Positions 49,267 through 62,084 of a stretch of 64,000 bases of DNA are shown here, piece by piece. The notes beneath the pieces are model-generated. The model was given only the letters and a program-made list of their open reading frames with translations. It did not search any database and was not told the DNA's origin. The DNA lies in the NCBI RefSeq assembly GCF_036321535.1, contig NC_087437.1, positions 9,984,001-10,048,000 on the forward strand, written 5' to 3'. Origin of the DNA: Camelus dromedarius. Its lineage: Eukaryota. Position 1 is the first letter of the stretch. Every line of letters starts with the position of its first letter. Made by a program: the position numbers and the translations under genes.

Positions 49267-49529
49267 CTTCGTGAAGACAACAGAAACATAGTTATTGGTG
49301 AACATCCGTGGTGACTGTGTCAGGCATCTCAGCTGTCTCTAAAAACCATGTGGTGGACGGGAGTAAATGTCTTCACAACCTGGAGGCGGTCCATGGGGAG
49401 AATCAGCTGCACAGTTAGCATCAGCTGTAACGCACTGTTAGCAAGTAGGAGCCAAAGACTGTACTGTGTCTTGTTCCTCACTGATGCCTGGCATATAGCA
49501 AACGCTCAAAGTAAAAATAATGCGCATAC

Positions 49530-49712
49530 CCTAGGCCAGGAACTGTACTAAGCAACACACATGCGTTAAACAGTAGCACTGTTATACATTAGGCACTGTT
49601 ATGTCCCCTGCATGTACACATCTCACAGATGGTAAAACTGAGGCGAAATGTTGCTATGAAGCTTGTTTAAGGTCATACAACTAGTATGCGGTAGACTCAG
49701 GATATGGACCTG
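49530..49712 (-). mobile_element. MIR
   Basis: gccaggaactgtactaagc...cacagatggtaaaactgaggc...aaggtcatacaactagta. Confidence 0.75.
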
Positions 49713-49734
49713 GAGAGTAAATGCATAATCGATA

Positions 49735-50173
49735 AAATATGGGTGGACCTGGAGATTGCCATTCTAAGTGAAGTGAGCCAGAAAGAGAAAGAAAAAATAC
49801 CATATGGTATCACTCATATGTGGAATCTTAAAAAAAAAGAGACACAACTGAACTTATTTACAAAACAGAAACAGACTGACAGACATAGAAAATCAACTTA
49901 GTTACCAGCAGGGGAAAGGGGGTAGGAAGGGATAAATTGGGAGTTCGAGCTTTGCAGATACTAATATATATAAAATAGGTAAACAACAAGTTTCTTCTGT
50001 AGAGCACAGGGAACTATATTCCATATCTTGTAGTAACCTATAATGAAAAAGAATATGAAAACAGATATATGTAATTACATGTCTGACTGAAGCATTGTGC
50101 TGTACACCAGAAATTGACACAAAATTGTCAACTAATTATACTTCAATTAAAAAAAAAGAAATCAAAAAACAAA
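49735..50173 (+). mobile_element. Lineage-specific L1 3' end
   Basis: tggacctggagattgccattctaagtgaagtgagccag...agagcacagggaactatatt...ctgtacaccagaaattgacac...cttcaattaaaaaaa. Confidence 0.92.
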
Positions 50174-50749
50174 GGAAGATCTGTCTGAGAGTCTCAAAAT
50201 CCTTTTAAAGTATAGGATCACGTTGTTTGAATTTCAGGGAAAAATGTTTGCAATGGCAATTTTTATTTTAAAAGCACTTACCCTAAACTTTAACACCGCT
50301 GGATAACAAGTCAGACATACCAAGGGTGGAATCAATCAGCCATCAGTTGTTTGTGGAATGCATCCCCTGGGCAAAGCCCCTTGCTCGGTGCCATGAGGTC
50401 TTTGAAGATCTGTCACTGCTCTGAAGACTGCTCCGGTGCATACTAGAAGCTCCAAGTGCCAGTGGGTGCTGGGGAGCTGCACAGTAAAGGTGAGCTGGCG
50501 GGGCAGGATATGTACCTGCAAAATGAATACCAACACCACAGCACAAGGGCCAGATGTGTGACTAGAGGTAAAGGACTGGAGAGGCTAAGGACAGCGTCAC
50601 AGAGAAGGTGGACCCAAGTCCAGGCAGTAAGGAGGGCCGGAAAGGAACTGGGTTTCTCTAGGAGGGGCTGCTTAAGGACAGGCTTTGGAATTTTGTCCTG
50701 AAAACAATGCATTTCAAGACCTGGGTTAGATTTGTTCTTCCCTCCTCTG

Positions 50750-52200
50750 TATTCATTCATTCATCGACTCATTCAAAAGGAGTTTATTAATTGCCAGGAT
50801 TTATCTAGGTCTTGAGAATATAATGAAAAATGATAGATACAGCCCTCACGGGACATTTATTCTGGTGTGGGGACAGACATCGTGCCAGTGAACCAACAGA
50901 CACGTCAAACAGTTACAGACTGTAGTAAGTGCTGTGAAGGAAGGATTCAGGAACAGAGACTAACAGGGCGGGAATTTATCACAGATGACGCAGTTGCCCA
51001 GGCCCCAGCGAGAGGGTGGTTTTAGCTGAAACATGAGAAAGGGGGCAGCCGTGGGAAGAGCTGGGGTGAAGGCCCTCCAGGTGAGAGAAAAGCACCTGGG
51101 AGGCCTGGAGGTGGGAGAGAGCCAGGAGAGTTTCAGAGCCTGCCGGCAGGTGAATGCAGCCATAGTGCAGGGAGTCCAGAGGGCAGGGGGTACCCACGAC
51201 ACTTCAGAGGGGATACGAGGCCAATCAGGCCAGATCCTGCGCCCATGGAGAGAAACCTGGGTTTCTAAACAAAGCATTATGATTGTGATTTTATTTATAA
51301 GATCCGTCAGTGCTGTGCAGGGAGTGGATTTGCATAGAGCAAGAATGGAAGTTGAGAGGCCAAGTGGCAGACTTTGGTGCTGATGGGAAACCACGGTAGC
51401 CCTGGCCAAGCGGATGGCCGTGAACACAGGGAGAAATGGGCAGGTGTGAGATCTCCTTTAGTGACGGAGTCAGTGACATTATCACTGAGTCAGATGGGAT
51501 GGAGGAGGGGAAGAGAAAGGAGAATTCTAAGACAATGCTTAGAAGTTTTTGCTTGGATATAGTGAGTGACAGTGGCACCGAGGAACGATACAAGGGAAGT
51601 TGGAGTAGAGAGACAGTTGTGTGGATCGGGAGTGTGATTTAGTACTTCTGTTTTAAATACGTGATATTTAAGGTACAGAAGAGGAAGTATTGAATTTGCA
51701 GACTTGCAGCTCAGAGAAATCCAGACGAGATCCAAATTTGTGGGTTATCAGGTAGAGATGGCATTTAAACCTTGGAAATGGATGAAATCACCTTGGGGGA
51801 GGAGGGATGGATGGAAAGGAACAGGAGGAATTCCAGAGCCCATAGACTATTCACCTTTACAGATTAGATAGAGAAGGAAAAGCCAGCAGAGAAAACTAAA
51901 GAGTCAGGGAAGAAAAGAGAACAAGGTAGTGTTGTGGACGTCAAGAAGGTAAAATGTCTCTAGAAAGGGTGACATTGACTGGAACATGCTTCTAAGAGAC
52001 TGAGTTAGATTTAGAAAAAGACATGTCTATTGATTTTGGAACTGAGATTGGGGGCGACCTTGAAAAGGACTGTTTCTATGCGGTAGGACTGAAGTCAGAT
52101 TAAAATGTGGGAAGCGAGGACAAGCATGGACACCGCGTTTGAGGAGTTTATCTTGGATGAGAACAGGGAAATGGACAGCGTTGGAGGAGGACAAGGGGCC
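50750..52200 (-). mobile_element. Long L2 fragment (3' end plus body)
   Basis: (ATTC)n terminus, gtttattaa..., then purine-rich L2 body (ggcatttaaaccttggaaatggatgaaatcacct, gaccttgaaaaggactgtttc). Confidence 0.8.
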
Positions 52201-52251
52201 GAGGTGAAGTTTGGTTTTTGTTTTTGTTTCTTTTACGTAGGTTTGCCAGAG

Positions 52252-52428
52252 CAGTGGTTCTTAGACTTTTACATCAACATTAACTGTACTTACTTAAAAA
52301 AAAAACCACAGTTACTGGGCATTTCTGATTCAACAGGCCTGGGGTGGAATGTGAGGATTTGCGTTTCTACAAGATCCCGGTTGGTACTGATGCTGTTGAT
52401 CCAGGGACCACACTTTGAGAGTCACAAG
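52252..52428. mobile_element. MER5A hAT element
   Basis: cagtggttct...tttctgattcaacaggcctggggtgg...atttgcgtttcta...gatgctgttgatccagggaccacactttgaga. Confidence 0.88.
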
Positions 52429-52997
52429 ACACGTGCTCGTACTGCAGAAAATGGGACTGTGTAGAGAAAGACTGATGATGCCAGGGTGCGAGAACTTTAG
52501 GAGTGAAGTTCTTGAACATGTATGAGGATCTGGGATCCAAGAAACAAATGCCTGTGATCATTGTAGGGACATCTCTTCCATGGAAACCAGAAGACACATC
52601 CAGGGTCCCTCAGCACCTCCCTGTGGGCTCCTCTGCTCCCAGGTCCAGGTCTAATGTGCGTCCGTCAGGTGGGGCTTACAAGCCTGAGCTGGTTCATCAC
52701 ACAGGGCCCTCAGGACCACATGCTCAGTCGCTCTTGCTGCTAGCACTCGTTTGACCTTCTGCCTTTCCCTCCCTCCCCAGCTTGGGCACCTGTACATCTG
52801 CCATGTTCCTTTCAACTAAGACTTGATATAGGTTTTGTTTGGGGGAAACCTAGGGTTGTTGAGATATTACTTTGGGGATAACCGTGGGGTGGAGACCATG
52901 ATGACTTCAACCAGAGCATCTGCTGTCATCTAATATATCTACTTGGGTTCTGAATATTTCACTTGAAATTGCAGTGAAAGATTTAAAAGCCAGTGCT

Positions 52998-53157
52998 GGG
53001 TGAAGGGTATCACTGAAGAGCACATGCTGAGCATACACAGGGTCCTGGGTTTAGTCCTCAGTGCCTCCTCTAAAAATAAATAAACAGACCTAATTACCTC
53101 CCCCACCAAAAAAATAAAATAAGGTAAAAAAGAACTATATGTTTAAAATAAATAAAT
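52998..53157 (+). mobile_element. Vic-1-like SINE, diverged, with TSD
   Basis: agagcacatgctgagcat...gtcctgggtttagtcctcagt...acctaattacctcccc; TSD aaaagccagt at 52985-52994 and 53158-53167. Confidence 0.88.
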
Positions 53158-53894
53158 AAAAGCCAGTACCTTGTAGATGACTGTCTCTAAGTCCTAGCTG
53201 TCTTCTCTAATGTGAGTCCTTATCTTCATGACTCGTCATACTTCTGTGTCCCAGCATAGGTACCTGCCCCTCAGCATTGCCCAGTGATGAATCTACTCCT
53301 AGACCCCAGTTTTCTGTTTAGGACTGTTTCCTGCTGACATCTGCCTGCATGACTGTCCATGTGCCCGAATTCTTATGCCTGTGGTCGGCCTGACTGAAAT
53401 GAGACCCACATCTCTCTTGGTTGGGCCCTTTCAGTGCCCGCTGACGTCTGGATGGATACCAGATTCTGCCACTAGACTCTCCCAGGTTAAGCTGCTTCCT
53501 GGATCTTTCTCCCCTGTGTTCCCTCGGCCACCACGGATGAGGCTGGGTTAGGATGTCTGCTTCTCTACTGATGACTCCAAACGTGTGGGATCTGCATGTG
53601 GTCCCAACCCTGCAGTGTCCTGACACACTGGGAAATGGGCCAGAAGGGAAAACCATGGATGACTTGGGGCAGAGGTTAAATAGGAAACTCGCTGGCTTAG
53701 GGAAACTTATTTTGTGACTGTGTGTCAGATGGACAAGGGCTAGGAGGTGAGGAAGAAGAGAATGTTCTGGTTGAGGTTAAACAGCGGTCTAGGTGAGCGG
53801 TTCAGGAGGCTTAGCCAACAAAGGGATCGAGGGAAGGAAGAGAAAGAACGAATCAGGGGAAACCTGAACACAGAGAACTTCGAGGTAACGGTAG

Positions 53895-54250
53895 TTCCTG
53901 CGGCACGAGATGGCTGTCCTTACCTGCCCTTTGAAGTTAGATGTACCCTATGATTTGCTTCAACTGAAGAAACGTGGGTAGAAATGATTTCGTAATGTGC
54001 AGGTGAAAGCATTGAGAAGTGCTGGGAGATTCTCCACGGCCTCTCTGCCCCCACCACCCGGTAGGCACGTATTGTTTGCAGAAGCCAAAGTCACAGAACA
54101 GCCTGGAATCCGGACCTCCAGCAGAATGGCCCTGGAGAGGCACTCAGATACCCATAGAACATTGCGTGTTATGTTGAACCACCGTCTCAGGGGGAGACGA
54201 AGTGAGAAGAGATGGTTTCTGCAGCACAACCCAGCCCAGTCTGTGTAACA
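53895..54250 (+). mobile_element. MaLR LTR (MLT1I/J-like)
   Basis: cctgccctttgaagttagatgt...tgatttgctt...gtgggtagaaatga...ctgcagcacaacccagccc. Confidence 0.65.
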
Positions 54251-55844
54251 GCTATTTTATCAAAAATTATTTTATTTCTTGGCAAGTATGACCTGGAGTA
54301 TAATTATACACCACCCGCCTTGCCTGCCAGCCAGACTCTCACTTGCTCATATATTTCCTGTTTCGTCTCAGAAAGCTGAGTGCATAATTTTTGTTTTTTG
54401 TTTTGTGTTGTTTTTCAATGCCCTAGATAAAATAAACCTTTACAAACACTGGCTGTTTTAACATCATGTAGTATATGTCCTTATTTCTTTATATACATCT
54501 CTCATTTCTGAAGTATGACAGTCTTTAAACATTTCTTGGATCAGATCTCATAACTCCTGAGAAAGACAGAAATTCTAAGAACGAGCTGCTTTTTTTAAGC
54601 TTCCTTTTCTCTTCCAGTTTCTTTAAACTCAAGTTCACAGTTGGGCCAGGCAATTTTCTAACAGATTTTTGTCTTTCCCTTGGGCCATTAGTGACCCAAG
54701 ATCTTCTGGGTTTGCAAGAAGCCAAAATTTTGGATCCTTTTCTGAGCTTAATTGTCTTTCTACTTAAATCTGGCAACAAAGTCTTTGTTGAAATCCTTTT
54801 TTTGAGGGAGAACATTGTTAGACAATAAAAGAAAACTGTTGGTCACACACACACAAATCTGTATTAATCCTCTTCAAGACACCTTGACCTTGTCCTTCCC
54901 TGAGAACTTTCTATTTCTCTTTAGGTAATGGTTAAATAGCTTTTCCCGACAGTATTTTATGTCACTGGCTAGTTCGAGCATTAGAAAATGCTTGGCATTG
55001 TGCAATGGAATTATTTTCTAAAAAATGTCAACACGTTGTCAAGCGACAAAATGTTGACAATAATGCCACAGTGTATCTGCAAAGGGAAGGAAAATCCCAA
55101 GGGAAGTGTAACTAAAACGGGGGAAAACACAACATACAATTTATTTTGATTAAAAACGCAAGTAAATTTTTGTAAATTGCTGATGTTTTAAAAGATACGT
55201 GTTTTAAATCATATTCTAAGACTCCGTGAAAACTTAGCAGATAAAATTGCCTAGCTTACAGCCAGAGAACTACTCATCAGAGCAAGTGCTGTGAAAATTG
55301 CATTATAAATGCACAGAGACTCAGACTTGACGTAGCAACCACATTTTGATAACACTCATTTACTTTTTTTTTAATGAAACACTCATTCTCCATGTGATGT
55401 GAAAACATGACAGGATTCTATTCCACCTCTCTGTGGCTAAGTTGGCTGTGCAAGGTCTGATAAGAATTGTGAGGCCCCCTATTGTTTTCAAAGGATCCCT
55501 CATTGTCCCCATAAGGATGATGATCTGTCATGAGCGATTATGACACTGATGTGGTCAAACCCCATGAAAATATAATATCATGGAGGAGGGCACGAAAGCC
55601 CTTCTTAAATGCAGAACCCCCTGAGGTTTGCGTTTATTTTGTAGCACTTTTCAAAGAAAAAGAGCTCGGGAGACTTAGAGACGTCGTGAGAAATTAATGC
55701 GTTAACATTAATTAACGTACACAAACTGCAGCCTGGGTTGATTCTGAAATCAGTGCAGATGAGGATAGGGACACCCAAACGACCAGCAGTGAATTTCTGG
55801 AAAGTGGTGAAGAGCCTGAGATATACTGGGTGATGGCTAAGACC

Positions 55845-56072
55845 TTGAAGTTCAAAACGTGGTCCATGAAGCAGCGGAATCGACATCATCTGGGAGTTTG
55901 TAAGAAATGCGGACTCTGGGGTCCTGTCTTACATTTAAGTCTTTATGGCATTTTGAGTTTATTGCAGTGTATGGTGTGAGGGAGGGTTCTGACTTACATA
56001 CAGGCTCTGGCATCAGACTTTGCTTTTTAACTACATTCCCAAGTCATTTTTTTTTTTTACATTAAAATTAAC
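55845..56072. mobile_element. MER5-type element containing a 70-bp antisense L1 ORF2 piece (about 55925-55994)
   Basis: gtggtccatg...catcatctgggagtttgtaagaaatgc...; internal tcttacatttaagtcttt...ttttgagtttatt...tgtatggtgtgagg. Confidence 0.65.
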
Positions 56073-56417
56073 AGTATTCATTTGTACAGAATTAGCCTTT
56101 AGAATTAGGTCCTAAAAGAAATCATGTTGCTTCGAAATTAAACTTTGAGCCAACTAACAATCAGTGGTTCTAACGAGATATTTATTTCAGCTACTGTTTG
56201 CTCCTGGTAAGGCTGAGCAAGGTACTCCACTTAAACTGTCAGCAATACCTCGCTAGGCTTTATGCTGTGGTAAGGATGCTGAGATGGTAATTCTTTTTCT
56301 TTTTCCTCAAATGAGCTGTGGATAATGAAATTAAACAAGTAATACAGAGGGGAGAAGAGAGCCAATGAATGTTACTTCCATTTTCGATCCCTTCCATGGT
56401 CTGTGCTGAGCATTTTC

Positions 56418-56510
56418 TATTCGTTCATTTATTCATTCACCCTATTTTATTGAACACGTAGTATGTGCTGGCACTGCACTTGGTACTGGGAACACAGAGG
56501 AGAAATACTT
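56418..56510 (-). mobile_element. L2 3' end
   Basis: ttcatttattcattca...ttattgaacac...tatgtgctggcactgcact...ctgggaacacagag. Confidence 0.75.
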
Positions 56511-57124
56511 TCTTCAGCACCACATGATCCCCTTCTCTGTTCAACATAAGAAAACAATGGGTAGTTTTCTAGAAGGAAGGGGGCCTTTAAAGATCCTATT
56601 ACTAGATAGTTTATTTTCAACCTCTGAGATGATAGGTCGCTTTGTTTTTAACAGAACAACCAGAGAAGAATTTACAGTGTCCTCTATGCTCTTGGTATGT
56701 CATCTTGTTAACTAGACCACACGATCCTCAGAGCAGAGGCTCCCTCTTCATTGGACCCCGTTGTTTGCAAAGCATCTGACTCAGTAAAGTGCCTTAGACT
56801 GATGTTCTGAATTGGCTTCTTTCCAAAAGAGACCCGGAAATCCGGCTTTGGTCTGAGTTGATGTTGACCACCCTGATGTTAGATTCAAAGGGACCACTTG
56901 GACAGTAGCTTCATGGCTGATGCCACTGCGTTGGTAGTGTTAATCATTTCTTGTACCTGAACGATGGATAATAAATTAAACAAGCGGACTCCACCAACAA
57001 GAGCTACTATTAACTGAGCAGCTATTAGGGTGTAACATTACGTTTTGAACATACGTTAATATTCACAATAATGTCATGATCTATTGTGTGACTTATGAAT
57101 TACACATCTTTTACAGAGGCTATA

Positions 57125-57240
57125 AAACTTGTACATCATTTTTAAAACTGAGGCTGAGGAAGCTTAAATGATTTGCACATCATCAAACTACTAAGGGGCA
57201 GGGTTATTATTTGACCCCAGTTCTGTCTGGTTCCTAATCC
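57125..57240 (-). mobile_element. MIR fragment
   Basis: aaactgaggct...ttaaatgatttgc...ggcagg...tttgaccccagttctgtctg. Confidence 0.65.
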
Positions 57241-57481
57241 TATACTAATTAGCTATGCACGTCAACATTCATGCCAACAGTGATGATGAGCACTTGTATT
57301 TTTATATCATTTTTAAGGTATTATATTTAGGGGAGGGGAGAGAAAATCCATTTCCTTCGGAGATACCAGAATTTTGAGAAAACTTCTCCTTGCCCTGAGC
57401 AGTTAACATGCCTTAGGAGGACATCAGGAAAGGCTTCCCTAAGCAACTTTCAGCCTCATCCTTTCAAGGATAATGTTTTAT

Positions 57482-57612
57482 ATCCATTCATTAATTCATC
57501 TAACAAAGAAATTCAGAGACTGAGTTTACCAGGCGTTGTCCTAGGTGCCAGGGCTGCCACGAGGAACAAGATCCAATTCCTGCCCTGGAGTTGCTCACGC
57601 TATTGGAAACAG
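57482..57612 (-). mobile_element. L2 3' end
   Basis: cattcattaattcatc...ccaggcgttgtcctaggtgcc...tcctgccctggagttgctcac. Confidence 0.65.
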
Positions 57613-58089
57613 ACCCCAGGACCCACAAACCTTAAAGTGTTTACTAGCCGGATCTCACAGAAAGCATTTGCTGACTCCCCCTGATACACTGATGTGAATC
57701 TCAGGGCAGATGTCAGAGCTGGCAATCATCAGAGAACAGACGCGACTCAAAGTCATGAGGCAGGATAAATTCATGGGGGAAAGAAAAAGAGAGCAGGGAT
57801 CTGAGCTCTGGATCACAGTGTAGCCAAAAAAAAAAAAAAAAGAGAGAAGAAGAAAAAAGAAAAAAACATATGGTACTCAGTGCAGATTGTGAGCAAGGAA
57901 TTTGATGTTAGAGGCACAAGCAATTGAAATACATCTCAGCCAATTATGAGTTACATGTAACTCGGGCTAAACTTTATGTACCCAGGCTTTCTCATAAGTA
58001 ACTTGTGATTAAAGTGCCCAACTTCCACTGAGGGCATGAGTAACAAGAGGGCTAATTCATATCAAGTCTCCGACTGTCATCCACAAGAG

Positions 58090-58288
58090 GTGGAGTACAG
58101 TGTTCGGAAGCACAGACAACTTGGATGGAACCAGAACTCTGCTACTGACTCATTCTGTGAGGTTGGCAAGCTCTTTATTCTCTCTGAGCCTCCTTTTCTT
58201 TATCTACTTCAGGAATAATAGTAATACTTGCCCCCTTAGTTTTTGTGAAGATGACTGAGTTGATGCAAGGAAAGCATTTAGAACAGTA
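58090..58288 (+). mobile_element. MIR
   Basis: ctctgctactgact...ctgtga...ggcaag...ctctctgagcctc...aataatagta...gtgaagat...aaagcatttagaacagt. Confidence 0.75.
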
Positions 58289-59164
58289 AGAGTTATAAAA
58301 GAGTTGCTTTCTTAGTTGGTTCACGAGAGCTGTTGTTGCGATCTGGTAAGGAGATCATGTTCCTATCTGCAAGGGCTTCTGCACAAAAGAAACATACTGG
58401 GGAAGAACCCACAGGGGAAATCACAGTGAGCTAACCAAGCAAGCTCTTTGCCTGAAGCAGAAACCAATGGGCGCTGAAAAGAGGAAACATTCATCAGACC
58501 TGAAAAGAACAGCCGATCAGGCAAAATTCAATAAGGCCAAGTTCTGCCAAAACAAGCTAAGTCTCGGAGAGAACATGCTTTAGAGGACAGTGAACAATAG
58601 AAATTGAGTTTTGGGCGGTGAGCCACAATTGGAGTGGTTCAGCACGCAAGCCAGGACCTGGTGGTGGAAGTTTGCATCACTGGGGCAAAAGGTTTTACTT
58701 TATAAAGGCATCTCTCACCATTATCCAGAGATTATACTTGGTTTTATTCTAAACTAATAAATGATGGGCAGTCAGTGCATGCATTCCCCCTGATTTCCCT
58801 GAGTAATTACTCTGTCTTTTCTATAAATACTCGTCATTCAGGGAGTCTGTGGCTCTTTTCTCACTGGCTTACCAACCTTTTGCCAGGTCAGTGGGACTCA
58901 CTCAAATGGAAAATGTGAAAAATACCTGAAGATTAATGGATGAGAAAATTTTAAGCACAAACTCCATTTGGCACAGCACATACATCAACTTACAGAATAC
59001 CATAAAAAAAAAAAATTAGAACCCAAACACAGCTCTTACTCACATTTCAAGGTCTAATACAAACAGGATTATGAAAATGGAAAGCTTTTTTAGCCTATGT
59101 GCATACCTTCCTCCCAAGGTATTATTTCAGCAACTCTGTTCCCTTTCTGTTCCTTGTTACTTGG

Positions 59165-59400
59165 GAGGGTCCTACTCATCCTTCAGTACCCTGGCCAAGT
59201 GTCACCTATTAGATGATGCCTTTTATGCTCCCAAAACGGAAGTCGTTGCGTTTTTCACTAGGCTGGCTTCAGAATCCATACTTTCTCAGTTATTACGTAG
59301 AATGCCGTGTTGTGATCGTTTACCTAGATTCTCCTCCCACTAGACCATTAATTCCTTCCTTCAGAACACAAGCATGTCTTGTTTGATCTCCACTGCCTGT
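59165..59400 (+). mobile_element. L2 fragment
   Basis: tcctactcatccttcag...tgtcacct...ctcccactagac...catgtcttgttt. Confidence 0.55.
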
Positions 59401-59708
59401 TGGGATACTAATGTGACCTCCCAAACCTGAAATTGTGGGTCAGAAGATGCTGTATTCTTGCCGTCAGCTGGAATTCACCCAAAGCCACAGGGAGAGCAGA
59501 GTATTCACCGGGTTAAAAAAAAAATCCACATCAGAATCTATAGATTATATGAGAGCCTCAGGCTGTGTACTGACCCACTGCTCCTGCAAAAGTACCACCA
59601 TTCTCTTAAAAACACCTGAAGTCCTTCCTCTCAGATCAAGGATGTATAGTTCGAAGGTCTAGAAACCCTTTGTCATTGTTGGCCTTTATGTCAAAAAATC
59701 CATTATTA

Positions 59709-59870
59709 GGGGAGGGTATAACTCAGTGGTAGGGAGCATGCGTAGCATGCACAAGGTCCTGGGTTCAATCCCCAGTACCTCCATTAAAAATAAATAAATA
59801 AACCTAATTACCCTGCCCCCAAAACATAAATAAACAAAAATAATAATAAAAACAAAAAACATTAAAATTT
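59709..59870 (+). mobile_element. Vic-1-like SINE with perfect 16-bp TSD
   Basis: ggggagggtataactcagtggtag...ggtcctgggttcaatccccagtacctcc...acctaattacc; TSD aaaaaatccattatta at 59693-59708 and 59871-59886. Confidence 0.95.
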
Positions 59871-61506
59871 AAAAAATCCATTATTACTCTCATCTGTTTC
59901 ACTAATTTTCTTTCTATTTCCAACCATGTCTATCTAAACTCAGTACAAGTCTGTAGAATGAAAAAGTAAGTAACCGAAAGAACTCAGGGAAGGCTTAAAT
60001 CTCGTGTCACCTTGAGCATATGTATGTGAAGAGTATCTCTGTGAATGCTACTCCTGATACATTCTTGACAATTACAGGACAAAGGATGTGAAAGGAAAAA
60101 GTAGGGTCATCCTTATAACACGCTAGTCTGGAAAATAGTAAATTTCTGAAACAGGAGAAATAAGCGTATCTGTCCTGAAATCAGCATGTTTATTCCCCCA
60201 TGACGACACAGCCCAGAAAAGCTGTTACTCTTTGCCTTGCTCTGGCCCCAGAACAGAGTCATTTTTTTATACTGGTCACATCTGCTGGTACAAAAGGATT
60301 AGCAGCCAAAAAACTGAAGGGCTGTGGATAAAACCTAACATCTAATATTCCAAATGCCTAAAAATCTTGCAAGTCAGAAATTAGTTCTGTCACATTCCAT
60401 AGGTGTTGAAAGAAGAGATTTTCTTTTTCTTCCATAAGACTGTATTTATACTGGATCTTTTATTTTTAAAAAAAATACTGACTTAAATAGCTTTTCAAGA
60501 AATTCTGAACTATTTGGTCTTCTCTTTTTTCACGGTGTCAGTGACAGGAATGAGCAATTTTTTATTCAGTGTATATAGTGTTGTGAGTACCTTTGGGCAC
60601 ACAAACAACTCACTGGACAGAATTCAGTCATTTCTGTAAGCAGAAACCAGTTAACCAGCCTCTCTTTTTTTCGGATCACACAGCACCAAATATTCCTAAC
60701 CGGTCGAACATTTTACTTTTATTGTTTAATAGAATATTTTATTTTCCAACTAGTTGTCTTGCTGACACTGACATACAGCCCTTTTCAAGATGAACTTTCT
60801 AGCCAAGCATTTGACTACGTTTAGTTCTCTTTGTAAAACTGGTTTTTAAGAAATCAAGTTACTGAATATGAGAAACACGATGGTTTTTTGGCGTTACTGA
60901 ATTGCTGGGAATGATCCTGCCAAACGTAAGAAAAAAGCTAGTTATATAAACATGAACGTTCCACGGTAGCCAAAACCTGGATGATGGAAGGTATGTGTAC
61001 ATGGTCCTACTGCCAGACAGAGCCACCTACAGATTCCCACCCAGATTCTCTGCTGAGCCTTCTTAAAGCACAACAAAGAGCAATATATATATACAATCTA
61101 GCTTCGACTTAATCCACATGTATCTGGTGTTCCAAAATTCCTGAACGTCTCCAACAAACTGGGGACTCTGATCTGCTAGGAACCAATTTTCATGAGGGAC
61201 AGAGGATGGCTTCTAAATAGCAACTCTAGAAGATCGAGTCAGATACAGAGGTAGATGGTGCCTGTAATACGGCCTCGTTCCTCAGAGAAGAGGAGGGATC
61301 CTGGTCAGGCAGGTCAGGATGGTGGAGAAGGCATTGCCCTCCAGTCCCCCTTCATGTACTCATATCTGGATGCAGGTGGAAGAGAAGCAAGAAGGAAGAA
61401 GGAAGCAGAAGGGAAAAGCTAAACCAAGTCACACTCTTAAATTTCGATAAAACACCGGGGCAGAAGCAGAGCTGCCTTGGTGGTCCTCTCAAAGGTAAAC
61501 CACCAG

Positions 61507-61624
61507 GGGGAGGAGGGTGCAGCCCAGCGGGAGAGCGTGTGCTTAGCACGCACGAGGTCCTGGGTTCAGTCCTCAGTACCTTCATAAAGAAGAAGGAGAA
61601 GGAGAAGAAGAAGGGAAAAAAAGA
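61507..61624 (+). mobile_element. Vic-1-like SINE, short variant with GA-rich tail
   Basis: gagggtgcagcccagcgggagagcgtgtgcttagc...gaggtcctgggttcagtcc; TSD gtaaaccaccag at 61495-61506 and 61625-61636. Confidence 0.9.
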
Positions 61625-62084
61625 GTAAACCACCAGAAAAGAAGGTAAGGAATCCTCCCTTGACTATACAGCATCAGATGTTCCAAGCAATCTTGCTGAA
61701 CTCCCATGAGAGGACAGGCAACAACTGAAAATGAGGGCAGACTACACCGGGAACCTGAGACAGAATGAAACCGGGTCTTGGGAAGATGACACATTTCCCA
61801 ACATGATTTCTTGTGCCACGGAATAGTAGAAGCAGAAATAAATACTTCTTGGACTAGATTTCCAGCTGCTGGTTTTTGTTAATTATTACACTTCTCTATG
61901 AATATATATTGGACTTTTTTCTCTTCTCCAGAATCTCCTGCACATTCCTATAAACGAAATTTATTATTTTTAATCATATTTACTTATTTTGTTTCAGGTA
62001 AAGAAATAGTTTTTTGGGGGGTGAAGAAATTAGCTTCCTGGTAGGAGTCACACATTACTACATATTGTATAATCCCAGTCTTGT

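Noticed and set aside
50960..51427. Longest ORF (155 aa)
   Set aside because: It lies within the degenerate L2 body and has no recognisable intact domain
54525..54815. Lys-rich 96-aa ORF as a processed pseudogene
   Set aside because: No recognisable parent gene, poly(A) or TSD; the composition is explained by T-rich sequence on the + strand
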